Source: Parvularia atlantis
Taxonomy: Eukaryota
Reading direction: 5' to 3'
NCBI GenBank assembly: GCA_943704415.1
Contig: CALSCO010000693.1
Span: 1-32,252 of the forward strand
DNA: 32,252 nucleotides
Made by a program: the position numbers and the translations under genes. This document shows, piece after piece, positions 1-8,400 of this stretch. The notes beneath the pieces are model-generated. The model saw only the letters and a list, made by a program, of their open reading frames with translations, was not told the origin of the DNA and searched no databases. Numbering within the stretch: the first letter of the stretch is position 1; every line of letters starts with the position of its first letter.

Positions 1-38
1 CCCCCCTCGCGCCGCACGCTCACGCACAGCGCGCACAG

Positions 39-547
39 ACTGCCCGTGGGTGGCCAACTGCGTCGGGCGGCGCAACCACCGCTTCTTCACGGCGTTTGTG
101 ACGGCGGTGACGGTGCTCGCGGTGCTGGTCGAGGTCTTTGTGTGGGTGCACCTGGCCGAGCTCATGCGCGAGTCGTCGGCCGACAGCGGCCCGCAGCGCT
201 TCCGCGACGCGCTGCAGCAAAGCCCAATCTCGTGCGGCCCTGCGCCGTTTTGTGTGGGCGGGAGGCCATGTGCACTCACACGCCCGCGCAGGTTCGTGCT
301 GGCCGTGTACGCGTTCCTCTTCGGCCTGAGCGTGTCGGGCCTGGCGATCGGGCACTGGATGTTTGCGGCGCAGAACACGACGACGAACGAGAACCTCAAG
401 GAGATGTGGTCACGCGAGCGCGGGCGGGCCGCGAGCCCGTTCACGGACGGGCTGCTGACCAACCTCGCGCGGTTCTGGTGCGGGCCGATGCCGCCGCGCT
501 TCGCCGACTGGGCGCACGGCGGGCCGGCACAGACGCTTGTTGTGTAG
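39..547 (+). CDS. DHHC-type palmitoyltransferase, 3' part (5' end outside window); exons 39-231 and 292-547
   Basis: After the acceptor CAG at 36-38 the frame reads (H)CPWVANCVGRRNHRFF, the end of the DHHC-CRD motif. Two TM segments and the TTNE (TTxE) motif follow. In-frame 60-nt intron 232-291 (GTGCGG...CTCAC...CAG). Confidence 0.92.
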
Positions 548-845
548 CCGGCGGCCAAGCCTGCCAGCAGCACTCCGAGAGCCGGCATGCGAAGAGCATC
601 ACGTGCGCACAGCGGTGTTTTCTAGTCTCGCTTGCGCCCCAACGCAAACACGCGCTGTCCCCTTCGCCCGCCCTCGGCACGCCCACCGACCCCGCCGCCA
701 CCGCCACAGAGACCATGTGCGCGAAGGAGCTTGACGACCTGGACGCGCTCGTCGCGGGCCTGCAGGCGATGTCGCGGGTGCGTCGCATGCGCGTCTCGGA
801 TGCGTCTGTTTACGCGCCCGCTCCACCTCCGCGCGCGTCCCGCTC

Positions 846-3800
846 ATGAAACGCGCGACGACATGGGGCCCGCACTCGCCGCCGCCCGGCCCGCCGCCGC
901 CCGGCCCGCCGCCGCCGCCGCCCGCGTCCGTCGACGACCTGCTGCGACGGCTGCAGAGCGAGCAGAACTACGACTCGGACGACGACGACCCGTCCAAGAC
1001 GCTTGTCGCGCCGCCGCTGTCGGGCCCGCCGGTCGCGCCGCGGCGCAAGTCGGTCGACCAGGGCTCGGCCGCGCCGCCCGTGCCCACGTCGCGCCCGCCC
1101 CTCCCGCCCATGGGCACCAAGCCCGTCTCGCTCAGCATGGCCAACCTGCCCTCGGCCACGGGCAGCCCTGCCGGCAGCGTCCGCGGCGCCGCCCCGCGGC
1201 CGCCCCTGCCCGGGCACCTCCGCGCGCCCTCGTCCGGCACGATGACCTACCCGGTCAACACGGCGCTCAACCCGCCGCCGCCGCCGCCACCGCTGCCGCA
1301 GTCGCTCGCGCACGTGCAGCGCCCCGGCGGCGTGCCCCAGTCGACACCGCCACCGCCGCCGCCGCCCGTGGCCGGCGCGGGCCTGCCGCCGCCGCCGCCG
1401 CCGCCGCTGCCCTCCGCGGCCGCCGCGGGCTTCTCGGTCAACCCGCTGCTGCCCGAGCTGCCGCCGCCGCCGCCGTCGGACCTGCTGACGCTCATCGACA
1501 TGCCGCGGTCGGCGCAGGGCCAGCTGCACCAGCTGCAGGGCGGCGGCGCCGGCAGCACGCCGACGATCGCGCCGCAGATGCCGCTGCCGCCGACGCCGGT
1601 GGTGTCGCGCACCAAGCCCGGGACAACGCCGGCGGCGCGGGCGGCGAGCGCGCCGCGCGAGGACAAGCTCATGCTGACCGTGTCTAACCTGGACGGGACG
1701 ATCAAGAAGACGGTCGAGGCGACGCTGGACATGACCGGCCAGGACCTGAAGGCGCTCGTGGCGGGCAAGATGGGCCTGAACGGGCCCGAGTACTTTGGGC
1801 TGGCCCACGCGGGTCACGCCTTTGACAAGTTTGTGGACGCGGGCCGGACGCTGCGCGACCAGGACGTGCCGCGGCAGCTCGTGTTCAAGGTGCAGTACAT
1901 GAAGCAGCCGCGGGCGCTCAACAACGCGACGGCGATTGGGCTGTACTGGCTCCAAGTCAAGACGATGGTCGTGTCGGGTCTGTACCCGATCACCGACTAC
2001 CTCGGCGTCAAGTTGGGTGCGCTGCACCTGCAGGTCCACCACGGCGACTACAATGTCGGACGGCACACGACCGGCTTTCTGGCGTGCGTCCGGGGCGCGC
2101 GGGCGCATGCGCGCGGCTGGAGCGGGTGGAGCGGGCGCTGGTCGCAGCCGTCCCACTGCGCTCGCACGGCCCAACTGACGCCGTGGCCGCAGCACCCCCG
2201 ACGCGCTCAAGCCGTACTTGCCCCAGGCCCTGATCGAGCGCTACAAGCTGCAGTACTGGCAGCGCCGCCTGCTGGCGCAGTACTCGCGCTACCGCGGCCT
2301 GAGCGTGAGCGAGGCCCAGCTCGAGTACCTGCGCGTGGCGCGCAAGTCGCCGGCGTTTGGCGCGAGCATCTTCGAGGTGCGCGCGGGGGCCCACGCGCTC
2401 CTGGGCGTGGCCGAGGACGGCCTGCTCGTCAGCAGCAAGCGCAACTCGCTCTGCGGCGACTGGTCGTTCTTCCCGTTTGAGCAGCTGACGGCGTACAACC
2501 GGACCAACATCGGCATCATGTTCCAGACGAAGGACGTGGTCAACATGGGCATGCACGACGACGAGGCCGAGGCCGCCCTGAGCATCTTGCACGAGTACTA
2601 CTCGCTCTTCCGCGTCGCGCTCGACCCCAACTTTGTGCCGGACGTGATCCTCCCGCCCAAGGAGATGTTTGACCTACCGCCCAAGCGCATCATGCTCTCG
2701 AGCTTCCCCTCGCGCCTGGAGCTGTTCAAAGACGCGTACCAGCGCCACGTGGTTGAGGCCAACACCCGCCCGCTCCTGGCCGTGCTCGAGAAGATCGACG
2801 CCGACCTGGACGAGGGCCGCAACTGCGATGTGCTCGACCTCGACAGCGTCGACCTGACCGACGACCAGTGGCACCTCATCCGCAAGGCCCTCACCGACAC
2901 GTTTGCGTTCAAGCCCGCGGTCGGACAGGTGCGTGCCGCGTGCAACGGGCTCGGGCGATTCACGCCGCGCGCGCGTGCACAGGTCTTTGTTGAGAACTTT
3001 TCGGTCAACGAGCTGCGCATGTCCAACAACCCGCACCTGAGCGCGGCCGCGATCGAGTCGATGTGCGTTGCGCTCGCCGCACACCTCCCTTGCTGACCGC
3101 CGCGCGCGCGCGCCACGCCAGGGTGCCCCTGTTCAACACGTCGTTCCCCGCGCGCACGATCAACTTCTCCAACAACAGCAAATTCACCAAGGACCACTTC
3201 AAGGCGCTGTCGGGCCTGATGAACGGCGCGCGCCGGGTCGACTCGCTCGTCTTGCACGACACGGACTTGGGCGACCAAAACGCCCTTATGCTGCTCAAGA
3301 GCATCAAGACGAGCCTGATCTTCCGCACGCTCGACCTCGCGCGCACGGGCCTGACCGACGGCTTCTTCTTCCCGCTCGCGCTGATCATCCAGGGCCACCC
3401 GTCCCTGGCCGACCTCGACCTGGCCGGCAACGCGATCAGCGACGACGGCTGCACCAAGCTGGTCGAGGGTATCCGCTCGAGCCGGTCGATTGTGCGGCTC
3501 AACCTGACGTCGACGCGCGTGCGGTCGCACTCGATCAAGACCCTGCTCGACGTCATTGGCTTCCGCGGCCGGCCCAACCACCTCGAGGTGGCCAACACCA
3601 AGCTCTCGTTCAAGACCGCGATGAAGATCGCGTCGCTGCTCCAGCACAGCAGCACCACCAACAACAGCGTGGGCATGTCCGGGAGCCTGTTCTACCTGGA
3701 CGTGCACAACACGGGCCTGACCAAGAAGGGCGCCCTCGCGATCGCCGCTGCGCTCGACGGCAACAAGACGCTTGAGACGCTCGCGATCGGCGCCAACGAG

Positions 3801-4457
3801 CTCGACATGGACTTTGTGGCCGTGCTCGCGCGCGCCCTCGCCAACAACACCAAGCTCAAGATGCTCAGCGTGCGCAGCAGCAGCCTCGGCAGCGACGGCT
3901 ACGAGACCCTGGCGCGGCTCGTGCGCAGCAACACGACCCTGGTCGAGCTCGACTGCAGCAGCAACACGCTCAGCCAGGCCGACGTGCGCGCGCTCGCCGA
4001 GGCCCTCGCCTCCAACAAGACCCTCCAGACGCTCAACCTCAGCAGCTGCACCAAGGTTGGCGCCGAGGGCGTGGGCGCGCTTGTCGCGGCTGTCACGCGG
4101 CCCGGCAGCACCTCGGTCCTCGCCAAGCTCCTGCTCGACGGCTGCAACGTGGGCGATGCGGGCCTCAAGAAGATCGCCGAGGCGCTCGGGGCCGCCACCG
4201 GTGCGCTCGAGCACCTATCGCTGCGCGAGAACGCCATCACCACGGCCGGCCTCAAGGCTTTCGCGCCCGTGTTTGAGCGCAACACCAAGCTGCGCACGCT
4301 CATCTTTGACAAGAACCCGGCCGCGCTCCTCACCACCGGCGGCCCAGAGCTCTTCCAGCCGTTCTACGCGGCCGTGCTCAGCGGCCGCACGATCACGTGC
4401 GACGAGGACATCCGCGCGCTCGCCCAGGACGGCTCCAAGACGATCAAGAAGAAGTGA
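846..4457 (+). CDS. Proline-rich N-terminus + FERM domain + RNI-like leucine-rich repeats (FrmC/CARMIL-like architecture); introns 2084-2192, 2929-2982, 3063-3121
   Basis: Poly-Pro tracts, then FERM-like segments (EYFGLA; LYWLQVK..VVSGLYP; LGALHLQVHHGDY; AQLEYLRVARKSPAFGASIF). RNI-type LRRs follow (LADLDLAGNAISDDG, LQTLNLSSC, LEHLSLRENAI). Three GTGCG..CAG introns join ORFs 846, 2218 and 3063 in frame. The start is uncertain (see finding at 715). Confidence 0.85.
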
Positions 4458-4538
4458 GCGGGGCCGCCGTGAACTACTTCGCTTTTTTTTGTGCTTTCAC
4501 CCCCGGGGTAACGATCATTGGAACCGAGCGCGCGGTGC

Positions 4539-5204
4539 ATGTGGACGGTCGCATCGCACCCGGATCGCGGGCGGTACCTCGTGGCCGCGCGCGACGTCGA
4601 CGCGGGCGAGCTCGTCGTCGCAGCCGACTGTCCGCTGGCCTCAGTGTCGATCCACGACGACGACGACAACGACGAGACCGATCTCTACGTACGCCTCGCC
4701 CGCCGCGTCGAGGCGCGCATCCGCATCGACACGCACGCCCGCGCCCTCGTGCACGAGCTCTGCCCCGCCGGCGGCGACACCCTCGCACGCGTCCGCGCCA
4801 ACGCCTTTGGCGTCTACGCCCGCGACCCGCCCGGCCAGGTCGCCCTCGCGCTCTTCACCGGGCCGCTCGCCCTCCTCAACCACGCGTGCGCGCCGTCGTG
4901 CGCCCGCGCCGAGCCGTGGGGCAGCCCGGGCCTCGCCATCCGAGCGCTGCGGCGCGTCCCCGCCGGCGCCGAGCTCTCGCTGTCGTACATTGGGGCTGCG
5001 CGCCGCACGACGGCCGGCGAGCGCCGGGCGCAGCTGCGCGCGCACTGGGGCTTCGAGTGCGCCTGCGAGCGCTGCATCGCCGAGGACGCCGGCGCCGACG
5101 CCTCGCCCGAGCTGCCCGTCTGCGACCACGACGCCTGCGCCGGGTGGGTCGTGCGCGGCGCGTGCGTCTCGTGCGGCGCGGTCACGCCGTTGACCCGGAC
5201 ATAG
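4539..5204 (+). CDS. SET-domain (SMYD-like) lysine methyltransferase, single exon
   Basis: HPDRGRYLVAARDVDAGELV (SET-N), LLNHACAPSC, ALRRVPAGAELSLSYI and post-SET WGFECACERC. First ATG at 4539. Confidence 0.88.
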   Translation: MWTVASHPDRGRYLVAARDVDAGELVVAADCPLASVSIHDDDDNDETDLYVRLARRVEARIRIDTHARALVHELCPAGGDTLARVRANAFGVYARDPPGQVALALFTGPLALLNHACAPSCARAEPWGSPGLAIRALRRVPAGAELSLSYIGAARRTTAGERRAQLRAHWGFECACERCIAEDAGADASPELPVCDHDACAGWVVRGACVSCGAVTPLTRT

Positions 5205-5221
5205 GCGTTTCCCGCGCCGCT

Positions 5222-5232
5222 CTGCTGAGTGG
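5222..5232 (+). promoter_or_regulatory. A-box-like element in the leader of the permuted tRNA
   Basis: CTGCTGAGTGG matches the tRNA's own A box TGGCGGAGTGG (5290-5300) at 8 of 11 positions and ends 24 nt before the B box GGTTCGAATCC (5257-5267). Confidence 0.45.
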
Positions 5233-5234
5233 AG

Positions 5235-5319
5235 AGGTGTTCCCTTCGGGGGCGCAGGTTCGAATCCTGCCGTCGTCGTTGAGACGACGTGGCGGAGTGG
5301 TTAACGCGGCACCCTGCTA
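5235..5319 (+). tRNA. Circularly permuted tRNA-Ser(GCU): 3' half (nt 38-73) at 5235-5278, spacer TTGA at 5279-5282, 5' half (nt 1-37) at 5283-5319
   Basis: The re-joined halves fold into a full cloverleaf. Acceptor GACGACG/CGTCGTC with G73; D arm GCG-GAGTGGTTAA-CGC; anticodon stem GCACC/GGTGT with loop CT-GCT-A|A; long variable arm CCC-TTCG-GGG; T arm GCAGG-TTCGAAT-CCTGC. Confidence 0.9.
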
Positions 5320-5323
5320 TGAC

Positions 5324-5335
5324 TTTTCTTTTTTT
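5324..5335 (+). terminator. RNA polymerase III terminator (T4-C-T7)
   Basis: TTTTCTTTTTTT begins 5 nt after nt 37 of the tRNA 5' half, in otherwise very GC-rich DNA. Confidence 0.75.
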
Positions 5336-5487
5336 GCTACGTACCTACGGCGTGGTTAGTGCTCGATATCTAAATCAGATATACGTATGTTGCTCTTTTT
5401 TTTCCTCCTCACTGAGTCAGTGTCTTTCTTGCGCACTTCCATGCCGTGCGCACACACAGAGAGGCACACAGCTAAACCCAGACGCGC

Positions 5488-8400
5488 TTACTGCGCACTG
5501 ACGCTGTAGCACCGGAAGTAGCACACCTGCTGCCCGAGCCAGCCCGAGTAGTCGGTCGGGTCGACGACAAAGTCGTTCACCGTGACCGACGGCGCGAACG
5601 GGCAGCCGTACTCGCATGTAAGCGGGTCGCGCGACGTGATCCAGCCCTTGACCTGGCAGCAGTGCGTCTCGCCGGCGATCGTGACCGTAAAGCCCGTCGC
5701 GAGCTTGTCGGCCGAGGGCTGCATCCAGCAGTCGCGCTGGACGGGGCCGGGCGCCGACAGGCTGGTGCCGGTGCTGAAGCTGGCCGCGAGCGCGCCAGGC
5801 GGGGTGATAGTGAGGGCCTCCGAGCTGGCGATGGTCACGGTCGCGTCGATGCTCGGGTACAGCGTGTAGCAGCCGGCGTAGCACGGCGTGAAGAGGGCCT
5901 GCTCGACGAGGACGCAGGCCTCGGTCCACGTGTTGGTCGGGCAGCCCTGGAGCACGCAGCCGACGGGCCCGTCGACCAGGGGCGGCTGGTAGTTGCTCAG
6001 ACCCGTGCTGATGCAGCAGTAGACCGTCCCGTCCGCCGCCGTGACCTTCTTGCCCGAGCGCGCGCCCACGTCCGCGCTAAACGCGAAGCACTCGTCGCCG
6101 GGCTCGGGCTCGCTGCCGGGCGTGGGCGAGTTGAGGCGCTCACCGGTGTAGACGTGGTTATAGTACGGGCCTAGGCGAGCATGGCGTGCGCGCGAGTGAG
6201 CGAGGCGTGCGCGGGGAAGGGGAAAGCAAGGCACGCACCGGTCACGTTGAGCGGGGCGCCACCGCACGCAATCAGGCCAGGGCCCCCCACGGTCAGGACG
6301 GCGGGGCCGTAGATGCCGCGTGTGGCCGGGCACGAGAGCAGCGTGTCCGAGATGCGCGTCGCCTGGGTGCTGGCCACGCCGAGAAAGCCGCCGTCAAAGA
6401 CACACTTGAGCGTGATGTCTTCGACGAAGCCCGAGCCATAGATGGTCAGCGTCTCGTCAAACTGGGCCAGCAGCGGGCTCAGGCCGGTGACGACGGTGCA
6501 GACGGGCGTAGGCGTCGCCGTGGCCGTGGCCGACTGGGTATAGCTGTCCGTGGCGCTCTGCGTGAAGCTGTCCGTCGCCGACTGCGTGCTCGACTGGGTG
6601 TAGCTGGCCGTCTCCAACTGGGTGTAGCTCGCGGTCGCCGACTGTGTCGCCGAGCCGGTCGCTGACTTGGTCGCCGAGCCGGTCGCTGACTGGGTCGCCG
6701 ACTGGGTGTAGCTGGCTGTCGCACTCTGCGTGAACGACTGGGTGAACGTGTCCTGGTCCGTGCTCGTCGCCGATTGGGTGTAGCTCGCCGTCGCACTCTG
6801 CGTGAAGCTTGCGGTCACACTCTGCGTGAAGCTCGCGGTGGGGCTCTGCGTGAAGCTCGCGGTCACACTCTGCGTGAAGCTCGCCGTCGGGCTCTGCGTG
6901 AAGCTCGCTGTTGCCGACTGCGTGAAGCTCGCGGTCGACGATCGCGTCACCGACTGGGTGAAGCTCGCGGTCGCCGACTGGGTGAGGCTCGCTGTGGCCG
7001 ACTGGGTGAAGCTCGCGGTCGCCGACTGGGTGAGGCTCGCTGTGGCCGACTGGGTGAAGCTCGCGGTCGCCGACTGGGTGAAGCTCGCGGTGGCCGACCG
7101 CGTGAAGCTGGCGGTGGCAGACTGCGTGGAGCTGGCGGTGGCCGACTGCGTCCAGGTCTTGACCGGCGTGGGCGTGGGCGTGACGGCATCTGCGAGCGCG
7201 CAGGGCAAACGTCAGCGGGCGCACACGAGAGAGCGCCACGCACAGGTGAAGTTGGACGGGACAGGCGTGCACGACGACGAACCGCGCTGGATGGACAGCG
7301 ACGGCGACGAGAGGGGCGACAGTGCGGGCACGGTGCACGTCAGCTGGAAGTCGGTCACGGCCGTGGCGGGCGACGAGACCGTGCCCAGCAGGCTGTCGGT
7401 GAACAGGCACGAGATCGTGAAGCCGTCGTAGTAGAACGCGCCGTACACGGTCAGTTTCGTGCCCTGCACGCCCGACGCCGGGCTGACCGCGATCACCGTG
7501 GGGCACTTGGTCAGGTCCACTGAGCAGTCCGAGCCAGTGTAGTTGGCGAAGCACGAGCACGTGTTGGTCGCCACGCACGTCCCGTGCAGGCTGCAGCCCG
7601 TCTCGCACACGGGCCTGGTCGTCGTGGTCACGCTCGAGTTGCTGAACGCGCACATGTCGGCCAAGCCCTGGATCGCGGCCGCCACGAACGTCGTTGTGCC
7701 CGTGTCCGAGCCCAGCAGGTAGTCCTCCACGCACGCCAGCAGCTCCTCGATCGGGTCGTAGCCGCTGGCGCGGCACAGGTCGATCAGCGGTCCCATCGTC
7801 TGGTTGCAGACGGTCCAGGCCGGCAGCGTGTTGTTCGGGTAGGTGATGTCCGGGCGGGTAGAGTTGTACGGCGGCGACGACGGTGCCGTCTGGTTCTCTG
7901 CACGCACGGGTGGCGCCGCCGCGCCCACGTCAGTCGACGCCAGCGAGACCAAGCAGCGCTCAGAACGCACTAGAGCCGTTGATCACGTCGTTGGTGATGT
8001 CGACGACGGTGCTGTTGGGCGACTTGGGCAGGTCAGCGGGGATCGGATTGGCCGGCACGTTGGGCGGGGTGCATGTCAGCTGGGGCGGAGGGCTGCACGT
8101 GGCGTTGACCGCGCCCGCGGCCGTGCTCGTCGGGCACGACTCGCCGCTCGTCCAGAACGCGCTGAGAGGCTCAAACGTCGCGCTCGAGTTGTAAAACATG
8201 CTCTTGGCCAGGGGCACCTGGCGTGCTGGTCAGCACGCCAGCCCGCAAGCGCTGCCGGGCGGGGCGCACCAGCATTGCTTGCGCAAACGGGGAAAGGTCG
8301 TCGTGGCCGATGCCGTTGTGCAGGTTGAGACCCGTCGCAAGCGTGCCGTTGAAGAGCGTAAACTCGTTCTTGTTGTTGCCGTCGGGCGTGCCGCAGATGC

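Noticed and set aside
846..849. Bacterial-style translational coupling or operon at the ATGA overlap
   Set aside because: The region is clearly eukaryotic and intron-rich. A uORF or alternative exon explains it better.
5283..5400. Ordinary intron-containing tRNA-Ser starting at 5283
   Set aside because: The 5' half runs straight into a T-run terminator and there is no downstream 3' half. The complementary half is upstream.
6521..7154. CRISPR-like array
   Set aside because: The units are contiguous, degenerate and in frame with a protein, with no unique spacers and no cas genes. The context is eukaryotic.
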